In this document: positions 15,480 to 28,628 of the stretch, piece after piece
Numbering within the stretch: the first letter of the stretch is position 1
How the letters are laid out: each line of letters opens with the position of its first letter
Assembly: GCA_050613775.1 (NCBI GenBank)
Contig: JBODTK010000001.1
Location: 2,170,001 to 2,234,000 of the forward strand
Direction: 5' to 3'
From: Neocallimastix sp. 'constans'
Taxonomy: Eukaryota
Length of the DNA: 64,000 nucleotides
Notes under the pieces: model-generated
The model's database searches: none
The model's input: the letters and a program-made list of their open reading frames with translations, nothing else
Told to the model about the DNA's origin: nothing
Position numbers and translations under genes: made by a program

Positions 15480-16399
15480 ATGATCCATTTATTTATATAC
15501 CATTAGATCATACCTCTCTAAGTCTAAAAAAAAAAAAAATTAGACCATACCTACCATTGTCAATCAAGAGGGTTGACGTCAAAATGATAAAAGCAAAGAA
15601 GAAATTTTGAGAGAGATTTGAATAAATTATTAAATGAATTAACATAAAAAAAAAATATGAATAAAAAAGAAATATCAATACAAAAAAATATGAATAAAAA
15701 ATAAATTTGAATAAAAAAAAATATGAATAAAAAAAATTAAAAAATTAAAAAATAATTTATTATCATTATATCACTTTTTCTACTGTTAAAAAAGTAAATT
15801 TTATCATAATTTAATTGAAACCATTTTTTGAGAATACTAAATATATACAAAGAATTATTTCTTATATTGTTAGTTTTATATATATAATCGGTATTTTTTT
15901 TTTTTTTTTAAATTATAAAAATGATGTATATAAAGATAAAAAATATTATAAAGTTAATATATATATATATAAATGATATCTATTTATGTATTTTTTTTTC
16001 TATTATAAAATTATATATAATTAGATTTTTTATTTTAATTTTAGTAATGAAACATCTCTAAATAGTGGAACATCTTTACATTAGAAATATATATTTATTT
16101 CTGATTGTATTATCTCCATTTACCTTATTATTATTTGTTATTATTTATTTTTTTATTTTATTTATTTTATTTTGTGTTTCATAAATTTCTAAAAAAAAAA
16201 AAAAAAAAAAAAAAATAACTATAGTTAGTATACAATAAAAAAGAAATGAAAAGAATGAAGAATATAAATATATAGATTCATTTTTTTTTTAATTATGATG
16301 GATATTTATTCTTAATTTTATTTTTATTTTTTTATAGTATAATATGAATAAAGGAATAGTTTTTAAGGAAAAGAAAAATGTGTTTGAATCTATTTTTAC

Positions 16400-16781
16400 T
16401 TTTAAATTACTTTAATAGTAATAATAACTATAGCAATAATAGTTATAATAATATTAGTAATAGTATTGAAAATAATGTGTATGTTGATTCTAGTGTGTGT
16501 GAAAAAAGTGTTTAATTTTCCTTCTTGGGGGAAGAAGTATTAATAACAGTACAAGAGAATGGAAGGATCTATTTAAGTGCCAAATGAAGTCTGATGCTTA
16601 TTCTGATATATGGTTACTTCAGCTCTTCTTTAATCGATTATACCTATTGCTATTGGTCAGCAATGATCTTTGTTCAATAGGTTCAAATCGAATCCAACTA
16701 CTACTACAAACCAAGAGCGTCAATGCTGAAGAAACAGTAATACAGGCCGCAACCAATGAAGATCATAATTTCGTATCTTAA
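16400..16781 (+). mobile_element. Diverged second copy of the 13.8-14.2 kb element end
   Basis: Encodes FLLGGRSINNSTREWKDLFKCQ versus FLLGGRDADIIDLNYIKEWDILFKNQ; ends in gagcgtcaatgctgaa...gaagatcataatttc versus gagcgtcaacactgaa...gaagaccataatttc. Confidence 0.65.
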
Positions 16782-17100
16782 AAATTATGATTAACATTGA
16801 GAAGTTAAAAAATAATTATTGTACTACAGTATAATAATGCCCTTGTGAAGCTTTGCTGGTATTAATTAAATGATATTAGAGTACATTATACCATTATTTT
16901 ATTTTATTTAATTTTTTTTTTTATTTTTTTTTTTTTTGTTTATTCTTTTTTCTTTTTTTTCTTTTTATTATATGTATTTTATTAATTATTTAATTAATAA
17001 AGATGAAACAATTTTTCCTGTCATTAAAAAAAAAAAAAAAATTTAAATTATTTATTTTATTAACTATTTAATTAATAAAAATGAAGCAATTTTTGCTGCC

Positions 17101-17139
<39 letters not shown>

Positions 17140-17310
17140 AAATTATTTATTTTATTATTTATTTAAAAATGAAATAATATCTAATAATTTATTATATATA
17201 TATATATATAAACTTTCTCCAAAGACATATAGTACAAATGAAAAATTACTAAACACTTTTAATTACTTTCTACTTATATATATAATATAATAAGAAGTTA
17301 TTTTTATTCT

Positions 17311-17480
17311 TATTTTTATTTTAATAATATTGTTATTATTTTAATCATATTATTTTTATTTTTATTTTTATTTTAATAATATTGTTATTATTTTAATCAT
17401 ATTATTTTTATTTTTATTTTTATTTTAATAATATTGTTATCATTTTAATCATATTATTTTTGTTCTTATTTTTATTTTTT
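17311..17480. repeat. AT-rich minisatellite, 52-bp unit x3
   Basis: ttaataatattgttat recurs at 17321, 17373 and 17425. Confidence 0.85.
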
Positions 17481-19588
17481 ATAATATTATTTTTATATTT
17501 AATATATATTAAAAATTATAATTATTATTTTTAATTAATACTTATTATAAGTTGTTATTCTTTTATATTTGTTCAGAGTAGTTTTTTTTTTTTTTTAAAA
17601 AAAAAAAAAATAAAAATAAAATAAAATAAAAACTATTATTAATTAATAATAACTAAGTTTTATAAATTATTAAATTAAATTTTAATTATAATACTATTAT
17701 ATGTTCCAATATATTATTACTATAAAAGAGTATTTAATTTTAATTTTAATTTGATTTTAAAATAAAACAATATTCAATGTTCTTGGAATAGAAGGGTGTT
17801 ATACTATGTATATGCTTAGTTCTGGCATAGGCATCACGTCGACTACTCTCCTCATATTATGCTCTCCAGAGCAATATTGGTCTTAAACATAAGGATACAT
17901 TTTTCTTTTTTTTTTTTGTTTTGTATTTTTGTTGTGTTTTTATTTTATTTTATTAAATATAAAAAAAAATTTAATAGAAACAATTAATAGAAATTATTTA
18001 ACAAAACTATTTAAAGAATTATTTAATAGAATTGTTTAATAGAATTATTTAAAATATTAAAGAAATAATTAATTATTTTGTATCTCAATAATAGTTTACA
18101 TAAACTTTATATAATAATATTATTAAAAAAAGAACATTTAATTTTTTTCACCTTAATAATAGAATTATTTTTTTTCTATAATAATTATTTTTATTGCAAT
18201 TTATTTATTTAAAAATTAAAATCAAATTTTAAACTTTCTCCTTATTATTTTATTTTATCCAATTTTAATTAAAAAGAAAAAAAAATTTTTTTTGTTCTCT
18301 TATCAACATTAAATTAAATATGATACTATTCTATATTCTATATAGAATATACTAAGTTTTAAAATATTGTTTTAATAGTGTATTGTTTATATATATATGT
18401 ATATATAACTATTATTAAAATTTTCAAGATTAAAGTAATTTTTAATTAATAATGATATTTTATTTTATGTTTTTTGGTTTATTTTTAAACATATTAATAT
18501 TATGAATAATGAATTATTCTTTTGACTGGTTTTATATTTAGGATGTAAAATGTAAAATGATAATGATTAATTAATGTTTATATAATTATTAATAAATAAT
18601 TTTATATGCTAAATAAAAAAATAAAATACTTTTCAAGCAGTATTAATTTTGAATATAAATAATTATTATAAGTAATTAATATATATATATATATATATAA
18701 AAGTTATGATCTTGAATATTGCAATTAAATAGTTTTTCTTCGTGATACCATTGATTATTTAAATTAATAATATCAGTTGAGCAAACAATTTTAATTTTTA
18801 ATAAATATTTAAATAAATTTTCAATATATTCAATGAGTGAAATTTTAATTATTAATAGTCTATTAAATATTTATTAATATTAGATAAAATATTTTTTTCA
18901 TATTATTATAAATATATTTATTAGAAACTAATAAAATTGGCTTTATTTATTGTCTTTTAATACTTTAATTAATATCTTTTCAATTTAATATTTGATTATT
19001 CATTTATTTAATTATTTGAAATAAATAAATAGTAGATAAATAAAATAAATAAATAAATAGAAGACAAATAAATAAAATAAATAAATAAATAAAATAAATT
19101 AATAAATAAATAAATAGAAGACAAATAAATGTAATAAATGGATAAAAAAAATAAATAAATATAAGATAAATAAATAAATAATAAATAATAAATCATTAAT
19201 ATACACTATTTCACTATTTATTATTTCCATTTATTATTTATTATTTATTATTATTATTATTAATTATTACTATTATTTATTATTTATTATTATTAATTAT
19301 TACTATTATTATTATTAATTATTACTATTATTTATTATTTATTATTATTAATTATTATTATTATTATTAATTATTACTATTATTATTATTACTATATATT
19401 ATTTATTATTTATTATTATTTATTATTATTTATTCTTTATTATTCTTTATTATTATTCTTTATTCTTTATTATTAATATTATATATCATTCAAATTTTAT
19501 TATTAAAAGGGTCATTGTCATTAATATATAAAATAATATTAATTGAAAATAAAAAAAAAAAAAAAAAAATAATTATATTAATTGAATG

Positions 19589-19629
<41 letters not shown>

Positions 19630-20078
19630 AAAAAATAAAAATTGGCTTTTTTTTTTTTTATTGTCTTTTCAATTTAATATTTGATTATTCATTTATTTCA
19701 TTATTTGAAATAAATAAATAAACAGAAGATAAATAAATAGGAAATAAATAAATCATAGGAAATAAAGCTTATATATATACTGTTTAACTGTAAATTAAAA
19801 ATATTTAATAATAATAATATTTTAACTGTAAATTAAAAATAATACTTTTTTTTTTAAATCTATTTCATTCTAATATTACTGGCGAATAAAAATAGTATTA
19901 TATTGCTATTTGATAAATATATATATATAATTAATTAATATCGATATAATATAATAATAATAGATAGATATTTTTAATGAGGTCTTATTCTTACTAGGTT
20001 ATATAATTAGAAACATTATTGTATATGTAATATATTAAAATACTAAAATAATTAGAAATATTACTTAAAAAGTTTATT

Positions 20079-20117
<39 letters not shown>

Positions 20118-20363
20118 ATTTTAAACATTTTCATTATATACTTATGGAATTAAACGAAGATCTAAAAATTAATCAAATTAGTTAAAAATATTGTTATTGT
20201 ACATTTAGTTTTCAATTTTTTCCTATGTATTAATGTAGTTTTTATATGAGAGTATATATATATATTTATCAATTCACTAAATAAAATAATTAATATCATA
20301 TAGGATATTTTTATAAAAATATATATATAATTTCAATAATATATAATAATATAATTTAAATTT

Positions 20364-20400
<37 letters not shown>

Positions 20401-20458
20401 TCAATTCACTAAATAAAATAATTAATATAATATCATATAGGATATTTTTATAACTTAG

Positions 20459-20532
20459 GTAACTTATTACAAACATTTTGAAATAGTAATTCTAGAACGA
20501 ATTACTATTTCAAAATGTTTGTAATAAGTTAC
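20459..20532. repeat. Perfect 34-bp inverted repeat with 6-nt loop
   Basis: Arm gtaacttattacaaacattttgaaatagtaattc (20459..20492), loop tagaac, exact reverse complement at 20499..20532. Confidence 0.97.
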
Positions 20533-21502
20533 TTACCAAAGAAATAAAAATGTATATTTTATTTATTATTATTATAGAATATTATTATAATATTATAATT
20601 ATTAATAAAAATATATATATATTATTATATTTTCTTAGAAATTGTATATGAATGTAAGGTTTATTTCTTATTTGAATCATTAAATTTATTATTATTTTAT
20701 ATATATATATATATTTTATACTTTACATTTTATATATAAAGTTAATAGAGATTGTCTTTTCATTAAATTTAAAAAATTATTAGTATATTTAAAATTTTGT
20801 AAAATCAAAAACTATCATAATATTATGTATAAATATTATATACATACAAATTAAATAAAATTACATTATAAAAATATATATTAATATGACTCTTTACAAA
20901 TGATATAATAATTTATTTTATTATCATTATTATTATTATCATTATTATTATTATTTTTTAAATCCAACAAAAACGATTCTATATTAAGAAAATGATCTTT
21001 ATCGTTTATATTTAATATAATTATAATTAGTATTAAAGTTATTTATTTCTTTTTTTTTTAAAAAAAAAAATGAAATTGTTAGTAACATAATTAATTATTT
21101 TCATATGAATTTTTTTTTTTTTTTTTTTTTTATTTTTTCATATGATGATAAATACATATAAATCTGTAAAGTTCAAAATGGCTCTAACGAATATAATAAT
21201 TATAAAATTATTGTATTTGATAAATAATCAAAATATTGTAAAAAAAAAATTTTAAAAATAATTAATCAAAATGGGCATTAATAAATATAATAATTAAAAA
21301 AAGATTTTTATATAATAAAATTATTAATATTTAAAATTTTTTTTTTTTTTTTTTAAAAAAAAAGAACGCATTAATTAGAATATTAATAATAACAATTATT
21401 TTTCAAATAATATATAATATCATATATATATCATTAATAGTTTTTTTTTTTTTTTTCTTTTTGATTTTTATTTATATGAATTCATCATTTTTATTTATTT
21501 AA

Positions 21503-21913
21503 TTTTATTTAAAATTTGTTAAATTTAAGTATAATAAATATATTATTTTTTTTTTCTTTATAAAAAAAAAAAAATATTATTACTAGATATATAAATGATT
21601 ATATTTAATGAAATATAGTTAATGAAATTTATAATAAATAATTCAAGGAAAACAAAACGAAAATAAACGTTTTATTTTAATCATTTTTATTTATTTTATT
21701 TTATTTAAAATTTGTTAAATTTAAGTATAATAAATATATTATTTTTTTTTCTTTTTTTAAAAAAAAAATATTATTACTATATATATAAAAATATAAAAGA
21801 AATAATATAAATTATTATATTACTAAATGATTATATTTAATGAAATACAGTCAATGAAATTTATAATAAATAATTCAAGGAAAACAAAACGAAAATAAAC
21901 GTTTTATTTTAAT
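21503..21913. repeat. Local tandem duplication of about 180-210 bp
   Basis: aaaatttgttaaatttaagtataataaat...aattcaaggaaaacaaaacgaaaataaacgttttattttaat occurs twice; the second copy has an insertion. Confidence 0.85.
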
Positions 21914-22404
21914 AATATATATATGTATATATATTTTTATGAGTTAATAATACTATTTTCTTTAAGTGTCATGAAATTCGAAGGAATTATTAGGGTTTTG
22001 TTGAAGTAATTGAAATATATAAATATTTATTTATTTATTTTGATATTACAAGATTCATATGCCGAGTAACGAAAGTTTTTGTAAAAATACTATGCAAATA
22101 ATATTTTCTATTAATAACTTAATTATATAAATGCAATATATTAGATATTTTAATAAAATGTCATTAAACCGATAATTATATATATTATTAATAAATAATA
22201 ATATTATTTAAATTATTATTAATTAATTAATAGAATAAAATTTTATAAAATTAATAAAAATATATATATATTTTTGTATTAATCTCATATATATTATATT
22301 AATTATGGAAAGAAATTTTATAATAATTAACAACTTTTATTGCTACTATTTTTAGACTTTAAAATTATAGATATAATTATATATATAATTATATATAATA
22401 TAAA

Positions 22405-22435
<31 letters not shown>

Positions 22436-23566
22436 TTGTAATTTGATATTATATGTAAAAATTAATATTAATGATTTATAATACAAAAAAAAAAAAAAAG
22501 TGTATTCTATCTAATTTTTTAATAAAAAAAATGATATTTTAAATTTAAATAAAAATAATAATAATAATAACTAGAAAATATTCTATATATACTATTAAAA
22601 TATTTAAATATAAATATGTAATCATATTAATTTAAAATATTAAAATTTTTAATAAATATTAATTTTATTGATAGATTATTTATACTAATACTATAAATAA
22701 TAATATAGTATTTATGTCTTTGGAAAATGAAAATAAAAAAATTTAATAAAGCATTAATAATTTTTTGTTATGAGTTCTTCATATCATGTTTATTACTATT
22801 TTTAAAATAATTTACATTATATTTATTAAATTGTAATATAATTATTGAATAGCATTTTTATTTCATTTAGATTATTAGCTTAAATTAATATGAATATGAT
22901 ACAAATTATGAACTAAATATTTATTATTTTTATTTAAATTAAAATAAATAAAAAAAAAAAGAAAAAAAAAAAGAAAAAAGAATTTGTTTTTTAAATATAA
23001 ATAACAATAACATAAATTTATAAATTTATAAATTTATACGTTTTATTTGAATTAAGTTAATTATTAATTTATGAATAATAAAATTCAATAGATTGATTAA
23101 AATTTTTATCCAAATTTATTCATAAAAATAAATTTGAATAATTTTTTTTTTATTTTTATTTTTATTTTTTTTTTTTTTTTTTAAATTAACATTAATAAAA
23201 TATATTAATTGGGGGATTCTATTAAATATTATTGGAGTATTAATATAAAAATAATAAATAAATAAAAAAAAATATTATATTAATATATCATTTTATTAAT
23301 ACCATCGCTCTCGATTGTTACCAATATTGTATATTAAATAATTTTTTTATATACAATAGACTAAGATGTAATGATCAAGCACGATTATCAGATTATTATT
23401 TGTATTATATAATATTCCTATTTTTAATTTTATTCCATTAATTCAAAAGCTAAGTTAATGGTTGTTCTTAAAACATTGAAAACTAAGAAGTTATGGTCAT
23501 AAATAGAAAACTAAAAAAAAAAAAAAGGTCATTTTTATTAAATCAAAAACTATGAAATAATAATCA

Positions 23567-23599
<33 letters not shown>

Positions 23600-24085
23600 A
23601 ATATATTTTTTTTTTTTTTAATTAAATTGAAATTAAACATAGTATACAGTTTATCAATCACACTAATTTATCAGTATAACCTAATATATATCATTTGATA
23701 AATTACCATAATCCATAAACTATTTAACGTTTATTAATATTAATAAATAAAAATAAATACTAAAATAAATAATAAAATAAATAAATAAATAAATAAATAA
23801 ATAAAAAGGAACGAAAAATCTATTCATAAATTTATATTATATTAATACTTATATTTTTTTTTTAAATTTAAAAATATACTATAATATAAATAAATATAAA
23901 TAAATAATACACTTTTTATTAAATTTTAAGGTTAATATATATTAAAAATATATTATGATGTAAATAAAAAAGATTGTTCCTTGAAAATAAAAACTTTTTA
24001 TTTGAATTTTAAATATTAAAACTTTAAATTAAATATTATAATTATGCATTTATATTTATAAGAAAATATAAAATGATAAAATTTT

Positions 24086-24119
<34 letters not shown>

Positions 24120-24568
24120 ATACATTTCAACTTTTATTTTATTTAAAATTTAAGATATGTTTTAGGTGATAGTATATAGTAATAATTATACAATAGAATT
24201 TATAATCTAACATTAAAAAAAAAAAAAATAGTTTTCTCCCAATTTAAAAATTTTGAAGTATATTTTTAAATAATATAATATAAAACCCAATAATATTATA
24301 ATAATATTTATATATATAAAAAAAAATAAATAAAATAAAATAAAAGATAATATATAATTATTATTAAATAATTAAAAAATGTTAATAATACCTTTTAATT
24401 ATTATTCCTTCAAACGAAAAAATAATAAATCAAGATATATATAGAATAATATAAAAAAAAAAGCTAATATAAAAAAAAAGATATTATTAATAATAAAAAT
24501 AAAATAAAATACATCATAAATATAAAAAACCAACATTATTTTAAAAAAAATATATTATTTTTGTAATA

Positions 24569-25672
24569 ATGCCTTTATTTAATAATTCATCCTCAAATAT
24601 ACCTCCAGAAGTTGATTCTGAAATTCCTATTGATGAACTTCCAAAGATTGATGGAAGAAGAAGACTTTCCTTTAAGAAAAGCTTCTTTGTATGGTCAACT
24701 CAAAAACAAATTTTGGATAGAAATAAATTTATATTTGATTCAAATTCCATGATTCAATCAGGAAAGGGCAAAGAAAGTCGTCATGACAGTTATATAATAA
24801 AATCAAAAAAATATAACACCCGTGGTTCTATTAATTATGATGAAAGTGATAATGACTATTCAAGCGAAAGTGATATTGATGAAAATGAAGAAAATGAAAA
24901 GAAGGACTACTATTCCATGGAAGATTTGGATAATATAACTGCATTAAAAAAGAAATACCCTAAAATAAGAAATGTTCCTCCATTATCAGAAAGTACTTTA
25001 TGCTACTCTTCAAATACAAATACTATAAACACAATATCATTGGAATTTAGTCAAAAATCAAGATTAATATCAAATAATGATATAAATTATGGACTTTGTG
25101 ATAATCAAAATAATGAAGGTATTTTAAATATTAACAAGGAAGACAAAAATATTGGTGAAAATAGCGGTAATAATGGTAATGATGAAAATAAAAGTAATAT
25201 AAATGTTATTGATGGACAAAAAGAAAGCAATGAAGAAAATAAAAAAGAAAATAATGAAGAGAATAAAATAGAAACTAATGAAGAGAATAAAATAGAAACT
25301 AATGAAGAGAATAAAATAGAAAATAATGAAGAAAACAAAGAAGAAAATAATGAAGAAAATAATGGGGAAGACAGTGAAGAAGGTAGTATAGATGATTATG
25401 AAAAAAGTAGTGATCAAAGTAATAATATTGATGATATAAATATTGATAATATTGATAAAGTGTATAATTTTGATTTTGAAGAATATTATGAGAGTGATAT
25501 TGAAGAAAATGAAAATAAATATAGCTTACCACTTTCAAAAAATAAGAAAAGAGAAAGTAAAAAAACAGTTACGTTTAGTGATAATATAGTAATAATTGAA
25601 TCTCTTAAACCTCAAAAGGCAAGAAATATATTTAAAAGAGCTATATCAAAAATAATAAAGAAGAAGACATAA
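24569..25672 (+). CDS. Intronless acidic/Asn-rich 367-aa protein with RVxF-type motif (KTVTF), internal NEENK repeats and basic C-terminal helix; paralog of 11927..12454
   Basis: 1.1-kb open frame in AT-rich DNA; shared ordered motifs; 24-bp internal repeats at about 25230..25365. Confidence 0.85.
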   Translation: MPLFNNSSSNIPPEVDSEIPIDELPKIDGRRRLSFKKSFFVWSTQKQILDRNKFIFDSNSMIQSGKGKESRHDSYIIKSKKYNTRGSINYDESDNDYSSESDIDENEENEKKDYYSMEDLDNITALKKKYPKIRNVPPLSESTLCYSSNTNTINTISLEFSQKSRLISNNDINYGLCDNQNNEGILNINKEDKNIGENSGNNGNDENKSNINVIDGQKESNEENKKENNEENKIETNEENKIETNEENKIENNEENKEENNEENNGEDSEEGSIDDYEKSSDQSNNIDDINIDNIDKVYNFDFEEYYESDIEENENKYSLPLSKNKKRESKKTVTFSDNIVIIESLKPQKARNIFKRAISKIIKKKT

Positions 25673-26894
25673 ACGATACAACTAAATAATTGTAGTATGC
25701 AAATTATAAAAAAAAAAAAAAACAATTGAGGTTTATTTGATTTGTTTGGAAAATTCGTATAAAGCTTAATCTGGAGTATAATCATGGTCAATAGTTTCAA
25801 AAAAAATATTTTACCAAAATAATTATATATATATAAACATATATATATATAAACAGAAAGTGTTAAAATACGAATATATAAAAAAAATATGAAATAAAAA
25901 ATCGTATATATAAAATATATGGATTATATGGAAGGACATATAAGGAAACAACTAATAAATTAATATATTGTACAATTTTGAATAAATTTATAATTAATTT
26001 ATAAAAAAAATTATTAGATTTAATATTATAAAAAAAAATTATTTTATTGAAATATTAAATCTAATGATATAATATTCAATTCAACAATAAATGAATATAA
26101 ATATTATGAAATAAATTATGAATGTTATTATATAATTTTATAATTATATGAATACATTAAAAATAGTAATAAAATTACATAAATTTTTAAATATTATTGG
26201 ATATACATAATATTGCTTTATAAGTAAATAAATTATACTAAATTTTTGTGACATTTATGCTGCTTATTACTTTGTGTATAATTATATACTCGAAGTAATT
26301 GCATTTTTGTTTAATAAAGATTATTTACTTTGTGTTTAATTAAATATATATTGTTTATAATTAGTAAAATTTTTGTTTATATATTTTAATTAAAATAATT
26401 AAACGTAGTGATTTATAAAAAATCATGCTCATTTTTTTATTTGTTTACATATTTTAATTAAAATAATTAGTAAAATTTTGTTAATATATTTTAATAAAAG
26501 TAATTAGTAAAATTTTGTTTATATATTTTAATTAAAATAATTAAACATAGTGATTAATAAAAAATCATACTCATTTTTTTTATTAAAAAACATAGTCATT
26601 TATTATTCAATCATGATATATCTAAAAATATGTATTTTTGAAATTATTTAAATAATAAAATTTATATAGTAACATGTAAGAATATTTGTTATATCTATAA
26701 ATAATTTAAAATTTATTTTCATATATATAATTTTTTATATAATACTTTTATATATAAATTTTAATATTTTTTTCATACTTCCATATATTCTATATAATAC
26801 AATATTTTATATTTTTGTGTTTTTATTTATCATTTTTATAAAATTATTATAAAAAATTTTAAAAAATAAATTTATTAAGGAAAATTCAAAAGGT

Positions 26895-26932
<38 letters not shown>

Positions 26933-27029
26933 ATATCAATATATTTGTGTACTAATTTAATGATTTAATTTGTTTATGTTTATTTATAATAAAATATTGT
27001 ATTTTAAAAATTTAAAGAAATTTGCAATT

Positions 27030-27308
27030 CGGGAGTGTGCATTTCACCAAGGTTGTATTTCATCAATTGAAAATTATTATGAACAAATAAATAAAATAAA
27101 TTAAAATATTATTAATATTGATGTTATTTATTTTCTTAAATATTTAAATATTAAAAAAAAATAATAATAATAATAATATTAAAAGAATATTGATTATTAA
27201 ATAAATATTATAAATATATTTTTTATAATTAAATATTACAAATAATAGGGGCGCATTAGTAAAAAGTTACATTTTAATGACAAGCCACTTGGCGAAACGC
27301 AACTCTTC
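27030..27308. mobile_element. 279-bp MITE, Mutator(MULE)-like by TSD length
   Basis: Imperfect about 22-bp TIRs (cgggagtgtgcatttcaccaag / cttggcgaaacgcaactcttc) flanked by identical 9-bp direct repeats tttgcaatt at 27021..27029 and 27309..27317. Confidence 0.75.
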
Positions 27309-27913
27309 TTTGCAATTATTTAACAGTATTAATATAAAATAAAAATATAATTTTACAATAATTAAAATAATAATTACAATAATTAAAATAATAATTATAA
27401 TAATTATGATAGTTAAAAGTCATGGTTATATCAACTCTATTAATATATTTTTTATGATTAAGAGTTATATTTAAATTCTTTTGTAATATTACATTGTGGC
27501 TTATATTAAATGTATCATAATTTGTTTCTATAAATATGAAGCTTATTTTTCATATATTTAAACATATTCTAACAGTTATAAATAATAATAAATAACAATA
27601 ATTAAAATAATAATAAAAAATAATAATAATAAATAATTATAATAAATTCACATAACAATATTAAAATTATCAAAAATTTAAATATTATAAAAAACTTTGT
27701 TATTGATTAAATGTTATATGAAAATAATATTGCTAAATATGATAATATAATAAATAATATATAAATTCAAATAATTGTGAAAATATACTAAAAACAATGA
27801 AGAATTGGACACTTCAATAATGTAGTATCTTTATTTTATCTATATATTTTATTTCATTAATAACGTAATATCTTTATTTTATCTATTTATTTTATTTCAT
27901 TAATAGTCAATAT

Positions 27914-28120
27914 AATAAATAATAAATAATAAATAATAAATAATAAATAATAAATAATAAATAATAAATAATAAATAATAAATAATAAATAATAAATAAT
28001 AAATAATAAATAATAAATAATAAATAATAAATAATAAATAATAAATAATAAATAATAAATAATAAATAATAAATAATAATAAATAATAAATAATAAATAA
28101 TAAATAATAAATAATAAATA
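27914..28120. repeat. (TAAATAA)n heptanucleotide array
   Basis: Direct reading of about 29 units. Confidence 0.95.
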
Positions 28121-28628
28121 ATTGTTGAAAAAATATATAAATTAGTTGTATAGTAAATGAATCTTTTTTATTTATAGCTATACAAATTATTTATTTCATT
28201 TAATATATTATAATTATTATTTTAAAATTTTAACCAATAATAATAATAAATTTATATAAAAAAATTATTAATTATAAATAAATTTAATAATTTGTTAATC
28301 ATCATATTAAATATAATTTATATAGTCAATTAATAAGTATTTATCATTTGAATGATATTAAACTTCTAAATAAAGCGATCAAATATATAAATCATTCATA
28401 TTAATATATATATTATTAAAATAGATTGTCAATTATATTCAAAATTAATACTTTAAAATGTATATACACAATTTTATTAGTAATATAATTAAAAAAAATT
28501 TATGAATTAAGTACAACTATTTTCATAATTAATATTTTAGAATGTATATACCCAATTTTTTTATTAATAGAACTAAAATAATTTGTGAATATTAAAATAA
28601 CTTGAAAATACACTAAATAAAAAATAGA

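Noticed and set aside
15231..15590. 85-aa ORF and GC-richer patch
   Set aside because: ORF begins in a homopolymer and has no recognisable motif; probably TE debris but not assignable.
16725..16775. Hammerhead core (ctgaaga)
   Set aside because: No stem II followed by GAAA, and the motif is not conserved in the other two copies.
17824..17875. HDV-like ribozyme (ggcatag/ttatgct stem, tcctc loop-like motif)
   Set aside because: No room for a P3 3' strand, no GG for P1.1 and no identifiable P2 or J4/2.
25105..25538. Antisense hydrophobic ORFs over the 367-aa gene (similarly 12039..12426 and 39024..39338)
   Set aside because: Shadow frames of real, compositionally biased CDSs.
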